DNA from: Octopus vulgaris
Taxonomy: Eukaryota
Reading direction: 5' to 3'
Assembly (NCBI GenBank): GCA_951406725.2
Contig: OX597814.1
Coordinates: 198,958,001 to 199,022,000 of the forward strand
Length of the DNA: 64,000 nt
The translations under genes were made by a program, and so were the position numbers. The notes under the pieces were generated by a model that was not told the DNA's origin, did no database searches, and saw only the letters and a program-made list of their open reading frames with translations. This document shows positions 51,641 to 64,000 of the stretch, piece by piece (position 1 is the stretch's first letter; every line of letters starts with the position of its first letter).

Positions 51641-52025
51641 TGTGGAGGCACAATGGCCCAGTGGTTAGGGCAGCGGACTCGCGGTCGGAGAATCGCGGTT
51701 TCGATTCCCAGACCGGGCATTGTGAGTGTTTATTGAGCGGAAGCACCTAAAGCTCCACGAGTCTCCGGCAGGGGGTGGTGGTGAACCCTGCTGTACTCTT
51801 TCACCACAACTTTCTCTCACTCTTTCTTCCTGTTTCTCTTGTACCTGTATTTCAAGGGGCCAGCCTTGTCACATCCTGTGTGTCACGCTGAATCTCCCCG
51901 AGAACTACGTTAAGAGTACACGTGTCTGTGGAATGCTCAGCCCCTTGCACGTTAATATCACGAGCAAGCTGTTCCGTTGATCGTATCAGCTGGGACCTTC
52001 ATCGTCGCAACCGACGGAGTGCTCC
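51641..52025 (+). mobile_element. SINE family C, full length with 13-bp TSD, tail variant 4
   Basis: tRNA-Arg-like head (tggcccagtggttagggcagcggactcgcggtc...ggtttcgattccc); TSD tatactggttatt at 51628-51640 and 52026-52038. Confidence 0.92.
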
Positions 52026-52254
52026 TATACTGGTTATTGCTTATTTTCTGGATGGTACTCTTATTTTTTGTCATAGTCAGGTGTTTTGTAGCTTATGGCT
52101 GTTGAAGTTGTTATAGTCTTGTGGTTGGGCGTGGTAGAAATGCGTATTCATTGAAGTGTTATGATAATGTATACTCTTTGACAATCATTGATGGTGTGAT
52201 TTTTTTATCACTAGGACAACAGTCATTTGACACTATTTATCTTCTTACATCCAT

Positions 52255-52673
52255 TATTTCTTTATTGCCCACAAGGGGCTACACTCAGAGGGCGACAAAC
52301 AAGGACAGACAAAGGGATTAAGTCGATTACATCGACCCCAATGCGTAACTGGTACTTAATCTATCGACCCCGAAAGGATGAAAGGCAAAGTCGACCTCGA
52401 CGGAATTTGAGCTCAGATCGTAACGGCAGACGAAATACCTATTTCTTTACTACCCACAAGGGGCTAAACACAGAGAGGACAAACAAGGACAGATAAACGG
52501 AGTAAGTCGATTATATCGACCCCAGTGCGTAACTGGTACTTATTTAATCGACCCCGAAAGGATGAAAGGCAAAGTCGACCTCGGCAGAATTTGAACTCAG
52601 AACGTAGCGGCAGACGAACTACCGCTAAGCATCTCGCCCGGCGCGTTAACGTTTCTGCTAGCTCGCCGCCTTA
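52255..52673 (-). mobile_element. SINE family B dimer with 23-bp TSD
   Basis: Two units; flanks actatt(t/g)atcttcttacatccat at 52232-52254 and 52674-52696. Confidence 0.92.
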
Positions 52674-53565
52674 ACTATTGATCTTCTTACATCCATAGTA
52701 TTGTGTCACCCAGTTTCCCACTCCTCTTGTCATTTGATGATATGGAAGTATCGGTGCATACAAATGGGAAAGATTACATTGGGCAATTGTATTCGCGTGT
52801 GATGTTGGAGTTAATGTCAATAACACGGTTTTAGTTACTTAAAATGATGTTGATGCTGTTACTCTTATTGTTCGTGATATTTGATTGTGGTTTGAGATAC
52901 CGGCATCAATGTAAAGCCAGAAAGCTTAGCTTTCTTTCTAAAACAGGGGTCTGAGTGTTGGTTGGTAAAAACCACCTGTACAGAATTTAAGCTTTCTAGT
53001 TTCCACTGCATTGTCTTACAGGCTTATCTCTTCTAGGATGTTGTCAAGATTTCCCAGTTGTATCTAGACTTTGAGATCCACACCAATTGTGGATCAATTA
53101 TACTAGTTGTACCTCTGTTCGTCAGAAGTGTGTTCTTTTCGTGCTAGGACAACACATACTACAATCTAAAAGAATACTAACTTTAACGATACATCCATAT
53201 TTTTCGCCTTCGCCACCCAAAGATCTATCTATGTCGTGATAAAGGTACATTTCTCAATCTTGCACGAGTTAGTGGCACGCTATTATGTGTCAGCTTCTAA
53301 CAGGAATGTCATCACATCCAATTTCTCATTTTAGCTGTTGTAAGTGGCGAAGTTTACAGAAATATTTCTTTCAGGTAATTTTCCACTGTGGTTCTTTCTA
53401 CTTCCCGTTCGTTAACCGTCACTGTTCTATACGACATTTACTCTATATCTCAGGTGTGGTTAATACTGACGTTGGTTTTGTCCCAGAGGTGGGTCTCTTG
53501 CATTTTCTCAAGTGTGTAAATTTCTCAAGTTAAAAGTGATCTTCAGCTATTTCTGTCGCACTTAC

Positions 53566-53638
53566 AAAAAAAAAAGAACAATATTCGTGTGACACTTGCA
53601 GTAAATTTTGTTCATTGCTGCTGCTGCTGCTGCTGCTA

Positions 53639-53672
<34 letters not shown>

Positions 53673-53733
53673 AGCTGTTGGTATTGTTGTATCCGGTGAT
53701 GTCGATGGCCGCATTAGGTGCGGTAGCACTCGA
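53566..53733 (-). other. Candidate 168-nt host exon (poly-Ser if coding, otherwise 5' UTR)
   Basis: Acceptor tttttcttcctataaaatcag and donor gtaagt; phase-0 frame SSATAPNAAIDITGYNNTNSC(S)18NEQNLLQVSHEYCSFFF. Confidence 0.25.
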
Positions 53734-54574
53734 CTGATTTTATAGGAAGAAAAATTAAGACGAATTATTACAAATATTCTCACGTAAGAGAAACTGTGCT
53801 GCGAAAAATATAAGTGGGTATTTATAACTAAGTCTCAAATGGTCTAGATGTTGATTTTAGCAACACGAATTCGATAGGAAGAAATAGGTAAAAAAAAAAA
53901 AAAACTAAATATTTGTGAAAATGAAGCCTAATGTAATTATTGCTTTGTGCGTCTCTGCAAAATATCATTTGATTTTCTAAAATTATTTTCCAGTTATTCA
54001 CTTCCAAATACAGTTCTAATGAGTATATTCACAAATATTGTGAGTAATTTTATAAATAGAAAAAACAAACGTGTTCATCATAAAAAATAATATCAATTAT
54101 ATTTTTATTATTTTCGATATTCTGAAATCCAATTAGACGAAATATTGTTAAAAACATTGAAAAATGAATGAAGAAAGGAAAATACTATTAAAAACAAAAC
54201 GTTTTGACACATTTATATGCAAATTACATTTTATGAATGTATATATCGATATTTGAAGACATACATATACATACATACATACACTCACACACACACGCAC
54301 ACACACGTATATATAATGCATACATAAACACATACATACACATATATAAGCTTTGCTGTATTTGTTTTGTTGTTCTCGATTCTGAGTTCAAAAGCATGCA
54401 TGGCTCAGCCTTGCCTTTTATGCTTCGGGGTCGATCAAATCGAGTACAAGTAAAGTACTGAGGTCGTTGTAATCAACTTGCCCATCCCCTCAAAGTTGTT
54501 ATACTCATACCAAAATGTGAATGAATTATTAACTTTGAGTAGATCTAGCTACTGTGTCGTTACGTGTTTAAATA

Positions 54575-55735
54575 TCGGTTTCACATTTTGGCACAAGGCC
54601 AGCAATTTCGGAATGGGTTAAGTCGATTATATCGACCCCAGTGTCCACCTGGTACTTATTTTATCGTCCTCGAAAGGACGAAAGGCAACGACGACCTCGG
54701 CGGAATTTAATACCTCTTTAAACATTCTTATCTAGTCTAGGCACAAAGCCCGAATTTTTTAGAGAAGGGGCTAGTCAATTAGATCGACTTCAGTTCGCAA
54801 CTGGTACTTAATTTATCGACCCCCGAATGATGAAAGGAAAGTTGACCTCGGCGGAAACTGAACTCAGAAAGTAAAGACACGAAATATCTATTTCTTTATT
54901 GTCCACAAGGGGCTAAACACAGAGGGGACAAACAAGGACAGACAAACGGATTAAGTCGATTATATCGACCCTAGTGCGTAACTGGTACTTATTTAATCGA
55001 CCCCGAAGAGATGAAAGGCAAAGTCGACCTCGGCAGAATTTGAACTCGGAAAGTAACGGCAGAAGAAATAGCGCTAAGCATTTCGCCTAGCGTGCTACCG
55101 TTTCTGCCAGCTCGCCGCCATATACTTCTTTAAGTATCATTATTGTCCGAATTACCTCTACTATTATTAAAAACATCAAAACACCACCACCATCATTACT
55201 ACTACTAGTAGTATTAGTAGTAGTAGCAGTGTTTTGAATGTTGCTACAATACTAGTAGTAGTAGTAACTCGGACAATAACAAAACTAGTATTGATTTAAA
55301 TTTTTGGTACAAATCCAGCAATTTCATTAAGGGGATGATAAGTCGACTACAGCGACCCCGGTGTTCAACCTGGTAGTTATTTTAACAACACTCGAAAGTA
55401 TAAAAGGTAAAGTCAGCATCGGCGGAACTTGAACTCAGAACTTAAAGACGGACGAAATGCTTCTAAGCACTTTGCCCTGGCGCGGTAACGATTCTACCCG
55501 CTCCACTCCTTAATAATCCTTTCTACTAAAGGCACAGGGCCTGAAATTCTGAGGGAGGGAGGGGCGGGTCGGTTACCTTGACCTCAGTGTTTCACTGGTA
55601 CTTAATTTATCGACCCCGAAAGGATGAAAGGTAAAGTCGACCTCAGTGGAATTTGAACTCAGAATGTAGTGACGGGTGAAATGCTGCTAAACGTTTCGTC
55701 CATCGTGCTAACGATTCGACCAGCTCGTCGCCTTA
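54575..55735 (-). mobile_element. Cluster of minus-strand SINE B units
   Basis: At least five units (about 54575-54710, 54725-55119 dimer, 55290-55510 and 55515-55735). Confidence 0.85.
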
Positions 55736-55765
55736 ATAATAATAGTAATATTCAAAGAAGTATTG

Positions 55766-56358
55766 AGCGGCGAGCTGGCTGAATGGTTAGTACGCCGGGC
55801 GAAATGCGTAGCCGTATTTCGTCTGCCACTACGTTTTGAGTTCAAATTCCGCCGAGGTCGATTTTGCCTTTCATCCTTTCGGGGTCGATAAATTAAGTAC
55901 CAGTTACGTACTGGGGTCGATCTAATCGACTTAATCCGTTTGTCTGTCCTTGTTTGTCCTCTCTTTACTACCCTTGTGGATAGTGAAGAAATAGGTATTT
56001 CGTCTGCCGTTACGTTCTGAGTTCAAATTCCACCGAGGTCGACTTTGCCTTTCATCCTTTCGGGGTCGACTTTGCATTTCGTCCTTTCGGGGTCGATAAA
56101 TAAAGTACCAGTTACGCACTGGGGTCAATGTAACCGACTTAATCTCTTTGTCTGTCCTTGTTTGTCCCCTGTATGTTTAGCCCCCTGTGGGCAACAAATA
56201 AATAGGTATTTCGCCTGTCTTTAATATCAGTGTTCAAATTTCGCCGAGGTCGACTCAGCCCTTCGTCCTATCGGCGTCAATAGAATAAATATCACCTTTT
56301 GCATTTGACTTAAACCCCTTGCTCCAAATTGCTGGCCTTGTGTCTAAAACCTGGAACT
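55766..56358 (+). mobile_element. SINE family B trimer with ~19-bp TSD
   Basis: Three units; flanks taatattcaaagaagtatt / taatatttaaagaaatatt. Confidence 0.88.
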
Positions 56359-57225
56359 AATATTTAAAGAAATATTAACTAATTATTAATATCGAAATAA
56401 ACAATCCTATTTATTTGCTGTTTTTCGCGTACTGCTTGTTAATTATTCTTAATTATCATCACCTGACGCTGTTTGAATTCATCTTACAGCTGTTAAGAAG
56501 TGAGGACTTATTTCAACAAACAGTAAACAACATTTAAAACAGCTGCCTACAAGAATAGATTAATTCGTTTTCAAAAAGTCAATAGTTGTGTATAATACAA
56601 TAGGAAGACATCTTGGTTATTCTGCTTTCTTTATTGTTCTTTTTCCATTTTAAATGTAGTTTCCAACGCAAGTGGCAGTTTCACTTGTCCTTCAGCAATA
56701 CATGTATTTATTTTCACATCTAATCATTAAAACAATATTGTAGTTAGTTTTTTTCTAGTGGTCATGTTTGATATTTGAGAATTCTCTTCTTCGATGTGGA
56801 ATGGTTATAAACAAAGTCTTCTCGTATTTATGGTCCACTTTTATAATAATCCTGGATCCTATTTGCCATCAATGTTATAATAATATATTTCCGTTACGAT
56901 TTTGTGTCTGAACACAAAAGTAGCAGTGGATTCCCACGTATCTTCTATTTGGCTCAACTGATAAATTGTATCAACAAGGTGCAGCTTTGGCTGTGTTCAG
57001 GTGTGGGCACGGCTGTGTGATCAAAAACTCGCAATATAACCACCTGATTTCCGGTTCAGTCCCACTGTACATCACCATGGGCGAGTGTTTTCTACTCTAG
57101 CTCCAAGCCTATTGTATAAGTCAGTAAATGGTGGGGTTGTGTTAACTTTTCTTACACCCATTTATATTAAAATTTGCTTTAAGTTAGCATACTGCCATAT
57201 TATCATTATTATTATTTTTCCCTTT

Positions 57226-57274
<49 letters not shown>

Positions 57275-57974
57275 TATATATGTGTGTGTGTGTGTGAAGT
57301 TATGTATATGTTTGTCTATCGCAGGCTTCCACACATTTCCCTTATATGTACATGTGTGTGCACGCGCGAGTATGTATCTGTGATTTGTGCTAGTGTTTGT
57401 CACCCTACCACAGCCTGACAACCGGTGATGGTTTGTTTGCGACCCCGTAACTTAGTGGTTTGCCCAAAGCAGACGATAGTATAAATATTAGACCCTTGAA
57501 AAAAATCCCCCACCTAAATCGGTTGATTTTTTTCGGTTAAAGCTCTTCAAGGAAGTGCTTAAGTACGGTCGCAATCCAATTCCTGAAGCAAATATTAAAT
57601 AAAGATAAAAGTATAATTGATGTGTATTTATGCAATACGTTATAATTTCCAAAACAGAGTGAGAAATGCATTATTTGTAATTAAGTTATAATTGAAACGA
57701 AAAATTAGCTTTCACAATTATATATTTAATACTTTATTTTTTTAATTCTATTATTCATTGAAGGGCAGCGAGGATTGGGTATCGCTTCGAAGGGATTTGG
57801 TCGAAGAAATCGACCCCAGTACTAATTGTAGGGTCTGGTACTTATTCTATCGGTCTTTTTATGCCGAACCGTTAAGATAAGGGTATATAAAGAAACCAAA
57901 ACTGTCAAGTGGTGTTAAGACAGATATAAACACAAAGAGACCCACATACGTATTTCAATATGTGACCACATGTG

Positions 57975-58159
57975 TATCGTTGGCGATTTTCTTTCTCCGT
58001 CTTCCCTTCCTTGGACCTTTCCTTTTCTATGTTTCTGACGAAGAGCTCCGCTCGAAACGTATAATCCTCCTTCTTTCTTTCATTTCCTGAGCGTCCAATA
58101 ACGCTATACTTGTTCCACGTCCTCGCGTTGTTGTGTTTTCTCTTTGTTCATGTTTGGAG

Positions 58160-58165
<6 letters not shown>
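57975..58165 (+). mobile_element. D-related Penelope-like fragment with canonical hammerhead core, nested in an old SINE A (57770-58255, minus)
   Basis: CTGACGA-a-gagc(tcc)gctc-GAAACGTA at 58035-58061, followed by (TA)n. Confidence 0.65.
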
Positions 58166-58223
<58 letters not shown>

Positions 58224-58257
58224 TATTCACGATAGACTTCCTTCAGTTTCCGTCTAA

Positions 58258-58497
58258 TATGGTGGTTCTCAACCGGAGTCCATATAAGGTTTTTGTCGTT
58301 AAAGTTTCTTTGCAGTAAGTTGGTTATATTTCTACATTACTCAAAATACTTATCAATTCTTGTTATACACTTTATTATGGTACTTAATTTTAAAAATATT
58401 ATAGGATTTATTTTTAAGCATCGAATGGCGATGCAGATCCATCCGAATAAAATAGAAATCAAAAGGTTTCATTGACAAAAAATGGTTGAGAATCGAT
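58258..58497. mobile_element. hAT-like MITE
   Basis: Ends gtggttctcaacc / ggttgagaatc. Confidence 0.55.
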
Positions 58498-58753
58498 CCA
58501 GTTTGGGACCAGTGGCGTCGCAACACATTCCTATAGCTGAGGGAACAGGAGCAACGTGAAACAAAGTGTCTTGCTACGAACACAACACAGCCACGCTGCG
58601 AATCGAAATTAAAACCTCGCTATCGCGAGCCCTTTGCTTTAATCACTGAGCCATGCGCCTTTTATGCATGCATCTATGTATGTACTTATTTATATAGTAT
58701 GTATGCATATACGTGTGTGTTTGTATATATAAATATATATACTGTATGTACGT

Positions 58754-58935
58754 CGCTAGCCACTACACAATCTTTATTTTCTCCACTTGTTTCTTGCTGT
58801 GTTCCTTTCTGTGGAGGAGCGTACGCTCGAAACGTTAAAGACTTTTTCACTTCCCGAGCGTTAAATTAATACATTTGTTTGTTGTCTACACCACCTGTCT
58901 TCGTCTTTTATTATTTTTTTTTGTGAATTCTCCCT
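58754..58935 (+). mobile_element. Repeat family D
   Basis: ctgtggaggagcgtacgctcgaaacgttaaagac; matches 8345-8525. Confidence 0.8.
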
Positions 58936-59168
58936 ATATATATTGTGTATACATATGTATATATGTATATGTATGTATTTATGAATATATGCGCGTGTGT
59001 GTGCGTGTATGCAAAAGTGCGAGGAAATAATATTTCAGATTATAATTATATGAATTCAGTTATACATATTGTCATACATGTTTATGCATGACTGTATTCG
59101 TGGGAGGATCAATATATAGTAAATGTATATAATTTCCTTGCATCTAACCGTAATTATAAGATTTTATG

Positions 59169-59245
<77 letters not shown>

Positions 59246-59265
59246 ATGATTACGTATTTCAAAGG

Positions 59266-59333
<68 letters not shown>

Positions 59334-59468
59334 TTGTGCGTGTGTGTGTTTGCGATTACGTATTTGAAAAGCAATCGTCTATATTTTACATTCCTGTTAC
59401 TATAAACAGCAGTCTATGAAGCGAAATGCATGTTACATCGCAATAACTTCCTTTCCTGATTTTCTGTC

Positions 59469-59512
<44 letters not shown>

Positions 59513-59955
59513 GTGTGTGTCTGTGTGTGTGTGTGTGTGTGTGTCTGTGTGTGTGTGTGTACGTATTGAAAGTATCAGATAAGGGAGAATTATAATTAAT
59601 ATGAACTGCTTTCTACGCCACGAGTAATTATGTGACTGTAAAATAAGAACTTGACATAGGGAAATAAAAAGGTAATGCGAGATGATGTGCTAAGTGTTGG
59701 CAAATAATTGCTATTCAGGAAGAAAAGTTTGTTGTGTTATTGTTTTCTTCACGCATAAATTCGCAACATTTCGGTGAAATGCCGCCATTGCTCATTGACT
59801 TAATGTCTGCGCAATCTCTATAAATAGTCTGAAAAATACTTGATGAAGGCGACTCCAATTACATTACACACGTAAAGATGAAATGCAATATTCCATCTTT
59901 GCATTACTTCATACGCAATTAAGTTGAATGAATATATTTATGTATGATTGTAGTC

Positions 59956-59956
<1 letters not shown>

Positions 59957-60051
<95 letters not shown>

Positions 60052-60090
60052 GCCTGCCTGTCTGTCTGTCTGTCTGTCTCACTGCCTGTC
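59957..60090. repeat. (TATC)n(TGTC)n microsatellite
   Basis: Direct reading. Confidence 0.95.
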
Positions 60091-60329
60091 TGTCTCTCTT
60101 TTATTCTTTAGCTTGTTTCAGTCGTTGCGGCCATGCTGTAGCATCGCATTGAAAGCTTTTATTTCGTCGAACAAACCAACCCCAGTACTTATTTTTTAAG
60201 CCTAGTATTTATTCTATCGGTGTCTTTTGCCGGACCGCTAAGTTACGTGGACGTCAACACATCGACACCGGTTGCCAAGCGGTGATGGGGAGACAAGCAG
60301 ACAGAAAGACACACACACACATAAATATA

Positions 60330-60419
<90 letters not shown>

Positions 60420-60527
60420 CTCCGATTTCCAATAGGCTGAATATTTGACGCCAGGATAAGTTAGAGAGATAAGCCGGTAAGTAAACGAAAACTACTAGGC
60501 GGACAAACAAGTAGACATACTTAAAAT

Positions 60528-60568
<41 letters not shown>

Positions 60569-60944
60569 TTAAATTTCTGCTGCTTTTAAATAAAGCATAT
60601 TACTCTACCTCTGGTATTTGAGTACTCTTTTTTCCATCTTGTTTCACATTTACGTGTTTATTCCTGTATATATATAGAGAGATAGATAGATAGATAGGCA
60701 GACACGGAGGGAGTGAGAGGTTGGACTAAGTGATGCAGTACAAAAAGAAGAGTTTGTTGCTCCAGATTCCTATTAAGAAATGTGTATATGCTGACGTATA
60801 TACACCAACCGCCAAATACATGTGTACGTGCGTTTTCAAAATATCATATTGATACGAAACGTACGTTGATTCCACGTGTCTATAAACATTTCCCAACGTT
60901 GAATACGACAACAGCAATTACAAATATCTCTGTGGAAAGGAAAT

Positions 60945-61320
60945 ACATGTCCAAATAAAGCTAGGACCACAGGCCATACGTCCCCTACCTACTTCAGGAT
61001 CACAACACATAAATATACTGCAATATCATATCTTTTCCTCAACAGGTCCTGCCCTATTTCACTTTGTCCCGAAATAGATCAAAAGGAAAAGGATCCCATT
61101 ACCTATAAACTGAATCTGGACAAATCTCTTCAAGGAATACCAGATAAGCCACCTATACCTGGATAGAACTGACTCAACAAGAACTCCGTACTCGAATGGA
61201 CCACGAAACCACAAAACTTGACTCAGAAAGGATTTAGCTAATCCTATCAGGGGATGGTATTAAATTAAACATGACCTGGACAAATCTTAGATCGAAACAT
61301 CTAAGTTATCTAAGTTATTG
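60945..61320 (+). mobile_element. Older CR1/L2-group LINE 3' end related to 23676-24708
   Basis: LGPQAIRP...STGPALF...DPITYKLNLDKSLQGIPDKPPIPG...NKNSVLEW; (TATCTAAGT) tail. Confidence 0.8.
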
Positions 61321-61795
61321 AGGCTGTTATGGCAATTAATTCACTGCTTATGGAATTGTTGCGTGGATATGAAATTATTTACGATGCTTTGGACAATGTT
61401 TAAGTCCTAAAGCGGCTGTAAACTACTCCGTCAAGTTTCTCAAAAGCATGACATTATTTGATACGTTACGTCACAAAATACTCACACGAGAAAAAGCATG
61501 TATCTTTAATCTTTTAGTCATTGAATTGCGGTATGGCTGGGGCACTGCTTTCAAGGGTTTAGTTCAACAAGATGACCCCTGTACTGATCTTTAAGACTGA
61601 TCTCTTTTGCACAACTGCTAAGTTGCAGGGACGGAAACCAATACCGGTTGTCAAGAGGTGGTGACAATAAAAAAGACATACACACTTATAGATGCAAACA
61701 AGGCGTTATATTAGAAAGTGCTGTGCATTAGGATTGAAACCGAAACAAGTGATTTCAAACCAAGCATCTTAAGCACACAATCATGCTTGTGCTTA

Positions 61796-62095
61796 TGCCC
61801 AATGTCTCTTGTCAGAATTTCGGATTGACCCACATTTATGCAATGACACAAGGTCGATGGTTAAGCAGATAATGTTATACGTCGTCCGACTGACCCAGTT
61901 GTTGAGTTGGGGACGCATTTATCAAGATTTCCAATTATTTTTACTAAAATTCCATGTAAATTGAAACTGCGAGAGTATATAATTTTGTGGGTGTCCGTTA
62001 ATAAATCCTAGGAACAAATATTGACAGTGGGTGGATTGCGCGTTGAGAATTCCTACTTCACCGTCGACCATTCTGATGTAAGTCAGGTTCGGAGT
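61796..62095 (+). pseudogene. Helitron PIF1-like helicase remnant
   Basis: CPMSLVRISD*PHLCNDTRSMVKQIM...GDAFI/RFPIIFTKIPCKLK...SVNKS*EQILTVGGLRVENSYF, collinear with the Helitron motif string PIILLRNL.PP.LCNGTRL.VK...GEDVFIPRIP...INKSQGQ.L...GL.LENPCF. Confidence 0.8.
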
Positions 62096-62104
62096 AAAAA
62101 TAAG

Positions 62105-62176
<72 letters not shown>

Positions 62177-62199
62177 TCCACAAAATACAACGAAGAACA

Positions 62200-62405
62200 T
62201 TCTTTTACTTGTTTCAGTCATTTGACTGTGGCCATGCTGGAGCACCGCCTTTTGTCGAACAAATCGATCCCAGGACTTTTTGTTTGTAAGCCTAGTACTT
62301 ATTCTATCGGTCTCTTTTGCCGAACCGCTAAGTTACGGGGACGTAAACACAACAGCATCGGTGGTCAAGCGATGTTGGCGGGACAAACGCAGACACACAC
62401 ACACA
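62200..62405 (-). mobile_element. SINE family A 3' half
   Basis: cttttacttgtttcagtcatttgactgtggccatgctggagcaccgcc... Confidence 0.9.
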
Positions 62406-62425
62406 AAAACACCACCATTTATTGA

Positions 62426-62468
<43 letters not shown>

Positions 62469-62630
62469 GTGTGTGTGATTGTGTATAGAAGAATATATTA
62501 ATAAAAAGAATTCCAACCTTGTCTGATTTTCACGTTTTATTTACAATCTTATAATGATATATTATAAGATAATATATTATAATTGAATAAAATAAAATGA
62601 AATAGTAGAATGTTAAATATTCATTCTGAT

Positions 62631-62675
62631 TGAACTAGTACTTTCATGCATTGAATTCTGCAATCTTCGGGTTCA
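62631..62675 (-). ncRNA. Minimal type-I hammerhead ribozyme in a Penelope 3' pseudo-LTR
   Basis: tgaac-CCGAAGA-t-tgca(gaattcaa)tgca-t-GAAA-gtac-TA-gttca. Confidence 0.75.
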
Positions 62676-63169
62676 TGTAGTAGTGTTGACAGTCATGCTT
62701 CACAATTTTTGACTGTAGCAAGATGAGTGATTCTGTGCTATAAATACAGCTGGGTAGGCTCCAGAGTGCTAGGTTTTGCAAACTGTATTCTGACCAATCA
62801 GTGTGTAGTATCACTCAATTACTTAAGCTGATTGGTTGGTTGAGCTGATTGGTTTAGGCATCACGCTTTGTTGGACAGGTCAAGAGTCCTGTATCTTGAC
62901 CCTGGCCGAAGCAGCAATTGTTGGGTTATTTTTAGAAATGTTGTAAATATCCTTTGTCAGAGATTTTTATATTTTTATATTTCAATTGTCATCATCATCA
63001 TTGTCAGCACCTTAATTATTGTTGCTAGTGGTGATGGTGGTGGCAATAGAACTTTTAACCCTAAATAAGATAATTTTCCTGCTATCTTCGTCTTGATCAC
63101 CTTTAGTATTGTTGTTGTTGTTAGTGGTCATGGTCGTAGCAGTGGAAGTAATACCTCTAAGTATTATTA

Positions 63170-63729
63170 TTATTGCTTATTTAGCTTGGGTTCGAATTTA
63201 TCAATAAAATTCTTTTCTCTGATTTTCCTCTCGATTTCACTTGGGCTGTGTAATTTGTAGAATGGAAATATTATATATATTTTCCGACCACATGTTGCTA
63301 GGTGGTTACTCAAAGGTATCTGACGGACCTCTGGGTCTCTAATCTGTTGCCGGTGTACACGTGAGCGTTCTAATAGTGCGTTTCCCGTCTGACCTACATA
63401 TATTTCTTCACAATTTGGGCATTTGATGCAGTAAATTAAATTTCTGCTTTTGCAGTTCATATTCGCGTTTGTGAATATTTTCCCGGTTTTTGTGTTTATA
63501 TATTGACCGGTATGTATGAATTGGCATGTGCCACATCGGCTATCATTGCATTTAGATACCGTGAATGTTTGGTCTTTGTTGCTGAGGTCAAATTTTGCCT
63601 TTGTTAGTAATGTTTTCAAGTTTTTAGACTGTCTTTTACTAAGCACCATAGCTCGATCCTTGATTATGTCTTTTAATTCATTACTTTGGGCAATGATTGG
63701 TAGGTTTGCTTTGGCAATGTTGAAGATAT
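63170..63729 (-). CDS. Penelope GIY-YIG endonuclease domain (5'-truncated ORF, no native start)
   Basis: KRQSKNLKTLLTKAKF, CNDSRCGTC, CKSRNLIYCIKCPNCEEIYVGQTGN.L.ER...HRQQIR, R..RE..FI.KF.P.LN; uninterrupted. The N-terminal residues in the ORF track come from the inverted segment. Confidence 0.9.
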
Positions 63730-64000
63730 TCTTATTTAGGGTTAAAAGTTCTATTGCCACCACCATCACCACTAGCAACAATAATTAAGGTGCTGACAAT
63801 GATGATGATGACAATTGAAATATAAAAATATAAAATCTCTGACAAAGGATATTTACAACATTTCTAAAAATAACCCAACAATTGCTGCTTCGGCCAGGGT
63901 CAAGATACAGGACTCTTGACCTGTCCAACAAAGCGTGATGCCTAAACCAATCAGCTCAACCAACCAATCAGCTTAAGTAATTGAGTGATACTACACACTG

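Larger units (their letters stand above)
62490..64000 (-). mobile_element. 5'-truncated Penelope-like element with inverted pseudo-LTR segment (runs off the window)
   Basis: GIY-YIG ORF, downstream hammerhead, and 62799-63070 as an almost exact reverse complement of 63730-64000. Confidence 0.92.

Noticed and set aside
51644-51720. tRNA-Arg-like gene
   Set aside because: It is the head of a SINE with body, tail and TSD; the acceptor stem is not properly formed.
52950-53540. Possible decayed LINE ORF1 on the minus strand (TRARLRNVP)
   Set aside because: Too degraded to assign by eye.

Overview
AT-rich, repeat-saturated eukaryotic DNA with no complete protein-coding gene. The tRNA-derived SINE families and the (TA)n/(TG)n microsatellite load resemble an octopus (coleoid cephalopod) genome; this is an inference, not a database match. 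Almost all ORFs in the supplied track are microsatellite or SINE artefacts. Real coding remnants are: CR1-group LINE 3' ends (21.5, 23.7-24.7, 35.1 and 61 kb), R4/Dong-type RLE retrotransposon pieces (15-16 and 49.4-50.5 kb), Penelope-like elements (RT at 37.3-38 kb; GIY-YIG with an inverted pseudo-LTR at 62.5-64 kb), a mini-mariner, a Helitron helicase fossil, non-autonomous Helitron/HINE/hAT/pogo MITEs and a solo LTR. One or two candidate minus-strand host exons (43.7-43.8 kb and 53.6-53.7 kb) suggest the window is mostly intronic. The most interesting signals are: (i) several minimal type-I hammerhead ribozyme motifs, including one in a ~312-bp retrozyme-like tandem repeat and a microsatellite-embedded family with a non-canonical CUGUNGA core; (ii) many imperfect fold-back palindromes, one of ~1.4 kb carrying a SINE in both arms; (iii) LINE-SINE shared 3' tails with a compensatory hairpin; (iv) SINE multimers that moved as single units. 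All alignments, translations and folds were done by eye, and coordinates of degraded elements are approximate.
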